A stretch of 64,000 nucleotides of DNA from Octopus sinensis (Eukaryota), in contig NC_043009.1 in the NCBI RefSeq assembly GCF_006345805.1, forward strand, positions 7,378,001 to 7,442,000. Direction: 5' to 3'. The notes under the pieces are model-generated. The model was not told the DNA's origin. It saw only the letters and a list, made by a program, of their open reading frames with translations, and did no database searches. A program made the position numbers and the translations under genes. This document shows, piece by piece, positions 52,741 to 64,000 of the stretch. Every line of letters starts with the position of its first letter. Position 1 is the first letter of the stretch.

Positions 52741-54000
52741 ATGCCGTGAAGCAGTACCATGTTGTGGCTCTCGTGGCTTCTTATCTTAACTGATTGGAAA
52801 TGTTAACATGTACGTGGTTTGTCCTGATGTACAAGATGGGCTACAGTTAATATTCTGCTTAATACCACAGACTTTCTTGTCAATTATTTGACCATAACCA
52901 GTTGAGCATGTTCGTTAGCGGCCGATGATATGTGAATCTCTGGGGGGAGGGGAAGTATAGCTATGTTATGAGAGGGATTTTTTAGGGTTTGAATAATTCA
53001 CCTCTGGAACCACCGGTGTTTCGTCCAACATCCTTAAATAATCTATATTCAGGGACTACCTGAACAGTATGGGCTACTCAGCCAGAAGAGAATTCTAACG
53101 TGACCTCATGTGCAAAGTCATACGCTGTTTATCTTGACACAAGGTCAACGTGTTATGCACATACGGTTGTGATGCATGTGCCTGGTGTACCTTTATCAGA
53201 CGGGTAGTCGTGATGAGTATATCGGGCTTCGTATATTTGTACCCGACTGTCAATTTGATGGCATGCAACTCTCTCATTCAATGTCAACAACACAACAACA
53301 ACGACGACGACGACGATGACGACGACGGCGACGACGACAACAACAACAACAACAACAACAGCAACAACAACAACAACTACAACAACAATAATAATAATCC
53401 TTTCTACTATTGGCACAAGGCTCAAAATTTGGGCTAGAGGGATAGCACTGGCAATTAGTTTATCAATCCCGAAAGGATGAAAGGACAATTTGATCTAGAA
53501 TTTGAACTCAGAGCGTAAACCCGGAAGGGATGTCACAGAACCTTTATAACTGGGTTTTTCTCATACTGCTTTTCTGAAGATGGGGCATTTCGCCTGAAGC
53601 TTTATGTTTTCTCTCTTTTTACTTTCTTCGATATTACAATACTTCCAGCGAATTACAGCGATCTTACACGCACATACACGCGCGCGCGCACATATATATG
53701 TTTTCGTTCGATTTCCTCGTATATCTCCACTGTCCTGTTTTTGTTCCCAAATTTGTCCCTCTATTATATTTTGGTATTTATAGGAGCAACTGTCTTCGAA
53801 GATTCATATTGTAGTTGAATGCTCGAAATGAGGAGTAGATAGATATGCAACAACTGATGAAGGGTCGATCTTTGTCCTGTTTTCAATTTTTTCTCTCGTT
53901 GTTTGCGTATTTAACTCATTTGTATTCTTACTTCATGTTGTTTACTGTTGGTGACGCTCTGTACCCATATATATATATATATATATATATGAGTGTGTCT

Positions 54001-54290
54001 GTAGGCACATGGCCTAGAGGCTAGAGCAGCGGACTCGCGGTCGAGCGATCGCGGGTTCGAACCTCAGACCAGGCGATGTGTGTGTTTATGAGCGAAACAT
54101 CTAAGCTCCACGCGGCTCCGGCAGAAGGTAATGGCGAACTTCTGCTGACTCTTTCGCCAGAACTTTCTCTCAGGCTTTCCTCCTGGATCTTGCAACTCAC
54201 CTTTGACGGACCGGCGTCCCGTTCAGGTGAGTACCTATACGCCAAGGACCGGGAAACCGGCCCTATGAGCAAGGCATTGGCTCGAGAAGG

Positions 54291-54296
<6 letters not shown>
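54001..54296 (+). mobile_element. SINE family B, tail variant 2
   Basis: Aligns to 44587-44890. Confidence 0.9.
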
Positions 54297-54332
<36 letters not shown>

Positions 54333-54345
54333 TATATATAGATAT

Positions 54346-54380
<35 letters not shown>

Positions 54381-56009
54381 GCGATATATATATAAATATG
54401 TATATATATATGCATATGTATAATATTATTTATATATGTATTTCTGTTCATGAGCGTGTATGCGTGCGCGTGTGTCGATTGGTATGAAGGTTTTTGTAAA
54501 CACCCCAGCTTCAGTCCAACTCTCTTCCCTTTTGGGTTTTTCACAGGTATTACACTGGTTTCTCTAGCTCTGATTTGGCTGGTCACGTGTCACCTATATT
54601 AAAGCAGCTCTTGTCTCCCATTTTTCTCAACAGATCCAGGCTAAAAAGAACGCCAGTCCTTACTCCTGAAAACATTGATGCTTTGGATTTCTTTCCCTGC
54701 AGTCTTTGTCTTACAGTTTTGTAAGAGGAATGTTAAACTTTTCAAAATTACTCATCGTATTTGTGGGTCTGCGATGGCCATAACCATGGAAGTTATACAT
54801 TGTTATGCTCTAACCAATAGAATGAGTGAAAAAACATTAAAATTCTTAGAATTCAATCAGCTATTCCTGCTGAGATAAAATTGCGTAAAACATATTCAAA
54901 TTTTAACAAATGTACTTAGGAACAACTGACAAAAAGTATCTACTGACGAACAATTCATTTACATAATAATACAAAGGTGAAAGTTTTATATTAATTGGCA
55001 TGATACTAATACAGACTCGATTATGAATAAATATGAATGAATACGTAGTTGAATTCATATACAATTGGCTGCTTTTATCCTCTTACATTCGTAAAAAGTG
55101 GATAAGGCCCTCGTTGCCTTTATTTCACAGCGTGAATACAAACAGGGATATCACTCAGCCTATATTTATATCATTTGAAATTCATGCTGAATAGGTACGT
55201 TAATAATTAATGTAACTATATATGTTTAGAAAGAGTGAGGTAGAAATTGAGAGGAGGAATAGTGGGTGGTTATATTAAGAGAGAGAGAGAGAGGAACGGT
55301 GGAGGCTCTGGAGGGAAACAGAGAAAGAGGAAGCAAACGGAGGAATGAGATAGTTAAGCTATAAATGCTATAAATGATATAAAGTGAAATGCAAACAACA
55401 AAATAGATATTGGGTTACACTTGATAGAAGCTCTGAATATGTGTTTGTAATAGCTATAAAACATTGAAAGACTAGTCAGAACCGGAGACTGTAAATTTCC
55501 TGTTTCAAAACCTAATACTCTCAACTCAGTTTTGGAACAACATAACTTGTGTGTACTCTCACGATGTGGTCATTTCACGCATGGATTGCGTATCTTTTTT
55601 TTTATTAGGCATATCCTGCTTTCATTCCACATCAACATTAAAGCAATTGAAGAATTTATTTTGTTTGCGTTACAGAAGAAAGGGGACATGCATTTAAAAC
55701 GACATTAGACATTTATATATTTACGCACAAGCATACATTTCATTATATTATTACAAACACACACATACATAAATATATCCTTATATATGCATGTACGTAT
55801 ATACATACGTATATATATATATGTCTGTGTGTGTGCAATATAATATATATATATATATATATATATACATTTTTCTTTAAAAATGTATTTTATCTAGTTT
55901 CAGCTCAAGAGCTGTGGTCATACGTATATATATATACGTATATATACGTATATATATGTAATATATATATATGTGTATGTATATATATATTGTATGTATA
56001 TGCATATGT

Positions 56010-56061
<52 letters not shown>

Positions 56062-56100
56062 GTGTATACATATGTATATATATATAATGTATGTATATAC

Positions 56101-56151
<51 letters not shown>

Positions 56152-56662
56152 TATATCTATGTATATATATGTATATATATGTATATATATATATATATAT
56201 GTTTATATATATATATGTATACATATGTATGTATATATATGTATGTACATATATATGTATATATATATATATATATGTATAGATATACGTATATATATGT
56301 ATATATATATGTATATATATGTATATATATATATTATATATATATTATATATACATATGTATATATATATATAATCTGCAGGCAGACAGATAGGACGACA
56401 GATAGATATCGATAGATTGTTATACAGGATATAGATAGATAGATACATATACACATACATACATACATGCATACATACATACATACATACATACATACAT
56501 ACATACATTCATACATACATACATACATACATACATACATACATACATTCATACATACATTCATGCATACATACAAACATAGACAATATGAAATAGAGAG
56601 AGGCAACCAGGCATATTCTGGTGTGTTGTGTAATGGTTTGCCTGATTTTGAAAATATGTTAC

Positions 56663-56738
56663 GTGTCATTCCATAGATAACCAATGTCACATCCTATGTC
56701 AGCCACAGTGATATAGAATTCTGTATCAGATGGAAGAG
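56663..56738 (-). other. candidate orphan coding exon (x-LPSDTEFYITVADIGCDIGYLWNDT)
   Basis: Strong acceptor TTTTCTGATCTTTTTTATTGATTTACTTCAG, modest donor AC|GTAACA, 76 nt; protein not recognised. Confidence 0.3.
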
Positions 56739-57016
56739 CTGAAGTAAATCAATAAAAAAGATCAGAAAAGATATAAAAATAAATTATATAAAATTAATAT
56801 CAAAATAATGAAATGGGACAGCGAGAAGAATTAAAATAATTATTATGGCAATATTAAATATCCAGTAATAATAGTAACGATCATAATAATAATAATAATA
56901 ATCATGATGATAATAATAATATAATGAAGATGATGATGATTATAATGATGAAGATGATGATAATAACAATAATAATAATAATGATAATAATAATAACAGT
57001 AATAATAATAACAATA

Positions 57017-57047
<31 letters not shown>

Positions 57048-57213
57048 TATAAATAATAATAACAATAATAATAATAATAATAATACTAATACTAATAATG
57101 ATAATAATAATAATAATAGGAGGGAGGGGGAGAAGGATACGAAGAAGAATAAGAAAAAGAAGGAAGAAAAAAATGACTGTAAATCTAACAATAACATCGG
57201 TAATACGATTTGA

Positions 57214-57260
<47 letters not shown>

Positions 57261-57659
57261 TAATAATAATAATAACGATAGCGGAAAATATGATTCACTT
57301 AAGGGAGTGAGCGATAGAGAGATAGTTAGAAATCGAGTGAGGTAGAGAGCGAGAGTGAGAGAGAGAGAAAGAGAGTGTGTGTGAAAGAGCATGAAAGAGT
57401 GTGAAAGAGAGAGAGAGAGAATTACTTTTATTTATGAATGAATAGAGTCTAGTGTGAAAGTCTCAGAAGGAACGGAGCAATTGCGTGATTCGACCAAATA
57501 ATGATTGGTGTCGGTGTGAACAAGTCGGAAGTGAACGCTGGGTGAGCAAGGCCATGAATTTAGATCGGTTTTCAATTGAGTAGAACCGGAAGAATGTCAT
57601 TGATCATAGTAAGACTATAGTCATATGAATCATAAACTCACGATGTGGTCTGAATCGTT

Positions 57660-58210
<551 letters not shown>

Positions 58211-58850
58211 CGGTAACAACAAAGAGAACAAATATACGTAGAATACCAGAAATATCAATAAAATTAAAACCGATCGTTATTAAATTTTAATTAAATTCAA
58301 GTAAACAAAAAACTTTGACACGAAGATGTCCAAAACTGAAGGTAAAGTATAAAAAAAGAAATTAATCATGAAAAAATTTTTTTAAGTGAAATAAAATATA
58401 GAAAACCGGATGCAGGTACGGAAAAATACAATTTACATTGATGTAAATGAATAGTTACTCTGTAGAATCTCATTTATTTTGATGCTATTGGAGTTGATGC
58501 TAAGGTGTGTGTATCAAAATGGCTTGAGATATTCTTTCTTTATGAAAGAAGCCAAAATGGGGTTTTTTTACTAGAAAATTTCGACATTAGAATACGCACA
58601 GTTATCAAAATTATGAAGTGATATTGGTTCTGATATTCAATATTTTACGTATATTTTAAAATGATCTTGACTTCAGTTGCGTTTAAGTTACATTAATGGT
58701 AATTGTTTGTAGTAACTTTAAAAATAAATGTAAGAAAGACTGTAGCAAATAAATGAAGGTTCATTTGGTATAATGCGTTCGGTGGCCATGGACATGCTAT
58801 AGATTCCCCTTCAATGTCTCTTAAATAATGGAAGGCAAGGTTTACGATAT

Positions 58851-59460
58851 TGGAAGAATATCGCCTCCTTCCATCATTCTTGTTCTTTATGGAGCTCAGG
58901 CGTTCGGCAGGCGAAGAGAAAAGACTTGAAGTACAACTGCTATTTACAGCCGGTTTATTTACAGGAAAGGTGAAGTGTACTGCTCTCAGCTACCATCTTA
59001 AGCTCCGATAGTGTGGGCGCATTGCCTCTGGAGATAGGCAGGCAGAAAACACAGCCAGTGATGTTGTTCAGCCAGTGTTGCTGTGTAATGGTGCCGAAGA
59101 AGAGAAATTTGAAGAGGGTTTTCCCTTTATATAGTCTTCTCCACAACGAGCCTCGTTGTGATCTCGCGCATGGCAAATGGATGCAGGTGAGGTCTCGCTC
59201 TAGTCTCGGAGATGGCGATGGCTGCCGCGAGATCTCATTCAATATGGCGCTGATTGCTTGTGCCGCTACAAAGGCTCCTCCCTGAGTGCTGTTTGTTAAG
59301 CAGTCAGAATAATAGGGTGAAATAAAGAAGGGGAGGCGAATATACAAAACGTGTATGTACATATAACCTGGGTCCAAAATATTAAAAATACCTGCGTGAG
59401 GTATATGGAGCGATTCGGGCTCTGCCAAGCTGGCTGGTCATCGCGAGAAATATATTTACA
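58851..59460 (-). mobile_element. probable solo LTR (about 610 bp)
   Basis: Minus strand starts TGTAAATA, has TATATAAAGGG (about 59123-59133), then AATAAA (about 58954), and ends ...TTCCA; GC-richer than flanks; no TSD found. Confidence 0.55.
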
Positions 59461-59767
59461 TTAGCTGGTAGACTAAATCCAATCAAATACAATTATCAGA
59501 TGCTTGACTATATTCAGCGGAATTTACTCATCTGCATGTAGTCGGACCAATGCCTGGTTTGAGAATAACTTCATCTATTTTTCTACAAATGTTAGAGGTC
59601 TCGTAAAGAGTAAGACACGAGGGTATTACATTTCCTGCCTGAATAAATGGCAAAAAGTAAAAAGAAATAATATTCGCCAAGAAAATGCTACAAATGATGT
59701 TTATAACATTCTCTTGGATAGGGCTGTTCATTGTTTTACCTGGTGAACATAATGCTTTATAAATGAA

Positions 59768-60185
59768 GGTAGTGAGATGGCACAATCGTTAGCATGCCGG
59801 GCGAAATGCTTAGCGGTATTTCGTCTGTCGTTACGATGTGAATCCAAAAACCGCCGAGGTCGACTTTGCCTTTCATCCTTTCGGGGTCGATAAATTAAGT
59901 ACCAGTTACGTACTGGAGTCGATATAATCGACTTAATCCGTTTGTCTGTCCTTGTTTGTCCTCTCTGTGTTTAGCCCCTTGTGGGTAGTAAAGAAATAGG
60001 TATTTCGTCTGCCGCTACTTTCTGAGTTTAAATTCCGCCGAGGTCGACTTTTTCTTTCATCCTTTCGGGGTCGATAAATTAAGTACCAGTTACGCACTGG
60101 GGTCGATGTAATCAACTTAATCCATTTTCTGTCCTTGTTTGTCCCCTCTACGCTTAGCCCATTGTGGGCAATAAAGGAATAAGAA
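59768..60185 (+). mobile_element. SINE family C, dimeric
   Basis: Same duplicated architecture as 12683-13092. Confidence 0.9.
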
Positions 60186-60787
60186 TCGTTAGCATGCTGG
60201 ACAAAAAATGTAGTGAGGTAAGCAATTAGTCCCCACCCCACAAAATCCCCGGCTTTTTTGTCTGACGTAGAAAGGATATTACTTCATAAATGATGTTAAA
60301 TTCTTTACGAGATAATCACAAATATCGCATGTGCTCTAAAATTCTTATGACGTCACGTCTGCTTCAAGGAATTCGTCATTTTAAACACGACGTTGCTTCA
60401 GTCTTATCTTGAAAATATTTAAGAATATATTTGTAGCTCATTAACCATACAGTTACAAGAAATTGCCAGCTGTAACCATTCTCTTTATATATCTCAATTT
60501 GACTAAAAATATAATGTGTTATCGATTATTGCTGAAAATATCGATTTCTTAGAAACAGTGTCCAAGTCCAAATTTATAAGTTATGTGAGCAAGTCAAATG
60601 AATGAACACTTAGTATATTATTTATAATTATGTTACTAACTCCAGGAGGATTTGATCTCAGAAATGAGACGAAAGTAAATATTGCATACATACGTACGTA
60701 TGTATCTACATATATATACACATAATGAAGTTAGGAGAGAGTCTCTGTATAGTCGTTCGGTTTAGATAGAAATAGTAGGTAAATAGA

Positions 60788-61200
60788 ATCTTTTCGGTTT
60801 GAACGGCAATTTTTTCTAGCGGTGTCATATGAAATTGTCACCCATATTTATGACCCTAGTATCGATCTACTGTATTTCAATCTGTTTTAGGGTTAGGGTT
60901 AGGTGTAGGGGGAAGGGTATCTTTTTTTCTTCAGAAATGTAAATAAATCCAATCTGTTTTTAAAAAGAGGGACATATTCATACGGCACAGAATATTTTCA
61001 CCCCAGATGGACGTCATGGATTGGTTGAAATTGCAGAAATTGAAGAAAAAAACAACAAATATCTTACAAACTATAGAATTTTCTCAATAAAGCCAAGAGA
61101 TAAAGATGTTTTATAAACACATTCTAACAGTATACGAAGTTTAAAAGTGTTTAGTTACGTGGAAATTATTTTTAAAAACTGCCGTTCAAACCGAAAAGAT
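60788..61200. mobile_element. MITE-like element with 27-bp TIRs and internal TTAGGG repeats
   Basis: ATCTTTTCGGTTTGAACGGCAATTTTT / AAAAACTGCCGTTCAAACCGAAAAGAT; TTAGGGTTAGGGTTAGG at 60887-60903. Confidence 0.85.
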
Positions 61201-61504
61201 CCGGTAAATAAGTTATCATCCCAAAGCACATTGCTATCTTAAACAAGAAAGACTATTGGGATAATAATGTTGTACATGTAATGACAGAAAACAAGGTAAA
61301 ATGCACATGGATGGAACGTTTTGAGCATAGATCCAAGAGACCAGAATTGACTTGAGGTTAAAGAGCATCATAGTAAACTTTCCGGTTTGGTTATATTAAA
61401 TTGCTTTAAGGCTGCGAAGGAACAGAATCAGTAGAGCATCGGAAAAATGCTTTGCTGTATTTATTCCAGATCTTTACATTCTGGGTTCAAAATTCACTTG
61501 GGAT

Positions 61505-61618
61505 AATTTGAGGAAAAGTCATGCACTTGGGTCGGTGGCAATAGTTACTCCCTCTCCTCAAAATTTGAGGAAAAGTCATGCACTTGGGTCGGTGGCAATA
61601 GTTACTCCCTCTCCTCAA
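61505..61618 (+). repeat. perfect 57-bp tandem duplication
   Basis: AATTTGAGGAAAAGTCATGCACTTGGGTCGGTGGCAATAGTTACTCCCTCTCCTCAA occurs twice. Confidence 0.95.
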
Positions 61619-62089
61619 AATTGCCGTCCTATAATAATGAAAAGCCACTGTTATAAATTAAGGCCGATGAGCTGGTATGCTCGATGGCACACTGGACAAT
61701 ATGTTTACCACTTTCTCCCGGCTTTATCTTTCATACTTTGATAGAATAAGTTCTAGTGGAGAACTAGGGAGAACTGGATAATTGACATACCCCTCACGCA
61801 AATGTCAAGTTTGTGCCTATAGTAGAAAGAATTATAGATTACCCAGTAACTTCGAAGTACATGATGGATGAAGCTTCACTAAGGAGGAACAATCCTTTCC
61901 GCTATAGGTATAAGGCCTAAAATGTTGGGGGAGAGAGCTAGTCAATTACATCAACCCTAGTTTTTAAATGATACTTATTTTACCGACCACGAAAGGATGA
62001 AAGGTCAAAGTTAACCTTGGCGTAATTTGATTTCAAATCGCAAAGACCGGCGAAATGACCGTAAGTATTTTGTCTGGCGCACTAAGGAT

Positions 62090-62325
62090 TCTTATTTCTC
62101 TATTGCCCACAAGAGGTTAAACATAGAGGGGACAAACAAGGACTGACAAAGGGGTTAGGTCGATTACATCGACCCCAGTACGTAACTGGTAGTTAATTTC
62201 TCGACCCCGAAGGGTTGAAAGGTAAAGTCGACATCGACGGAATTTGAACTCAGAACGTAACGGCAGACGAAATACCGCAAAGCATTTCGCCCGGCGTGCT
62301 AACGATTCTGCCAGTTGGTCGCCAA
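62090..62325 (-). mobile_element. SINE family C
   Basis: Reverse complement of 7808-8030. Confidence 0.88.
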
Positions 62326-62874
62326 ACGGAGGAGGGAAAATAACGTTGAAACATTTCCAAAGTTATCCCCCCTGCCGGTTGACACATTGTTTCGTTCCAA
62401 TTTCAGCGTTTCCTACCTTGCCTTCCTTGACAATAAATTAAATATTTTCCTTCTCATTGCAGCTGTAATCTCATTTTATTAAAAATAATTTTATAACTTG
62501 CCACATTAATATATTGTTATATTTCGGGATGGTCATATTTTTTTTTGCCAAATAACCACACCCACCATATATTCGATCTTCACTTATTTATTATTGTTCT
62601 TATTTTCTCATATATCCATTGTCTGGAAATCTTTCGTCACACATCTGTGACCTGTTCGGTGACTCTTCCATCCACGTGTGCAACTCAGTTATAGTGCGTG
62701 TGTTTGTTTATTTGGCAAGCAAATAGTGGCCATCCTGAAAAAAAAAGACAAAGCGAAACAATATCTGTTTCAACAGACGATTTCATGTCAGAAATCTTAC
62801 AAAACAAATTTATAAATACATTCATATGTTACCATTCAAATGTTCTTGTCTCAGTTGTTTCGATCGCATTTGTC

Positions 62875-63095
62875 CATATTCTTTTAATTGTTTCAATAAT
62901 TTGATTGTGGCCATGCTGGAGCACCGCATATAATCTAGCAAATCGACTCCAGAACTTATTGTTTGTAAGCCTAGTACTTTTTCTATCGCTCGCTTATGCC
63001 GAACCGCTAAGTTACGTTGACGTAAACACACCAGCATCGGTTGTCAAGCGATGTTAGGGAGACAAACACAGACACACAATCATACATACACAATG

Positions 63096-63165
<70 letters not shown>

Positions 63166-63332
63166 GACGGGCTTCTTTCAGTTTCCGCCTACCAAATCCA
63201 CTCACAAGGCTTTGATCGGCCCTATGCTTTAGTAGAAGACACTTGCCGAAGACACTTGTCACGTAGTGGGACTGAACCCAGAACCATGTGGTTGGTAAGC
63301 AAGCTACATACCACACTGCCACTCCTGCGCCT
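62875..63332 (-). mobile_element. SINE family A, full length
   Basis: Aligns to 38779-39179, with a central (TA)n expansion. Confidence 0.9.
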
Positions 63333-63691
63333 ATACATTCTTTATCTTTTGGCTACTCTTCACGTTTGTCCAACATTTTCTCATTTTCAAAACCGTCGAA
63401 CATTTTTGCCAAGCACTTACTAGTACACACATGCATCATAGTTTCATACTGGGTACTTATCGAAACGTCGGACAAACTGTTTTTGAAAATTTAATTACAA
63501 TCCGTGACGTTCTGAGTTCAAACTCGACGAATTTTAAAATGACTGTTACACGAGTTGCCTTCTAAAAATCATTGTGCAAACAACACACATGCACGCACAT
63601 GCACGCACACACACACACACATACACACATGTACACGTACATATATACTACCTTATCGTGACTTATAACAATTACATATATGTATCCGTGA

Positions 63692-63739
<48 letters not shown>

Positions 63740-64000
63740 TTGTGTGTGTGTGTTTGTGTGTGTGTGTATGTGTGTACGTGCGTGCGTGTGCGTGTGTGTG
63801 TGTTTGTATACATGTGTTTTTGCGTGTATGTCGTGTGTCTGTTAGTTATTTTAGCCCGGCTCCCACCCGCTTCCATTTAGATCTTCCATTAACTGATACA
63901 GGCAGGAGTCGAATACTCGCATTGTAGATTGTGGTATCTTACTGAGTAATGATTAGCATAAGCGAAACCAGTCGGCTGTGTAAAATTTAATTTGGTAAAT

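Noticed and set aside
52770-53290. Probable interspersed repeat or LINE 3' end
   Set aside because: Single copy in the window with no diagnostic motif, so it cannot be classified
53570-53900. CTGAAGA and CTGATGA cores in a PLE-end-like region
   Set aside because: No downstream GAAA, stem III and NUH in the correct arrangement
58955-59428. 157-aa minus-strand ORF
   Set aside because: It lies within the LTR-like segment, has no recognisable domain and crosses the TATA box
60887-60903. Telomere
   Set aside because: Fewer than three repeats, internal to a TIR element
61505-61618. CRISPR-like direct repeats
   Set aside because: Only two abutting copies with no spacer, in eukaryotic DNA

Overview
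AT-rich, microsatellite-saturated animal genomic DNA with a 100-N scaffold gap at 44351-44450. The tRNA-derived SINE families and repeat density look like a coleoid cephalopod (Octopus-like); this is inferred by recognition, not by a database search. No complete host gene is present, only a few low-confidence orphan exon candidates, so the window is most likely intronic or intergenic. Nearly all ORF-track entries are translations of simple repeats. Supported content: (i) four tRNA-SINE families in about 30 copies; (ii) a Penelope-like element (PLE) whose RT part is inverted relative to its GIY-YIG part, with a 28-bp junction duplication; (iii) CR1/L2- and RTE-type LINE remnants; (iv) Tc1/mariner remnants of DD34D, DD37D and DD41D type, plus MITEs; (v) a probable solo LTR. 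The most notable signal is about 18 minimal type-I hammerhead-ribozyme (HHR)-like motifs from at least six sequence families. They lie in short PLE-terminal-repeat-like elements, mostly beside (TA)n tracts. Three of these elements are 180-330 bp foldback palindromes with an outward-reading HHR in each arm, and several motifs carry a compensatory U3-A8 core instead of C3-G8. All alignments and pairings were done by eye; repeat ends are approximate unless TIR/TSD positions are stated.
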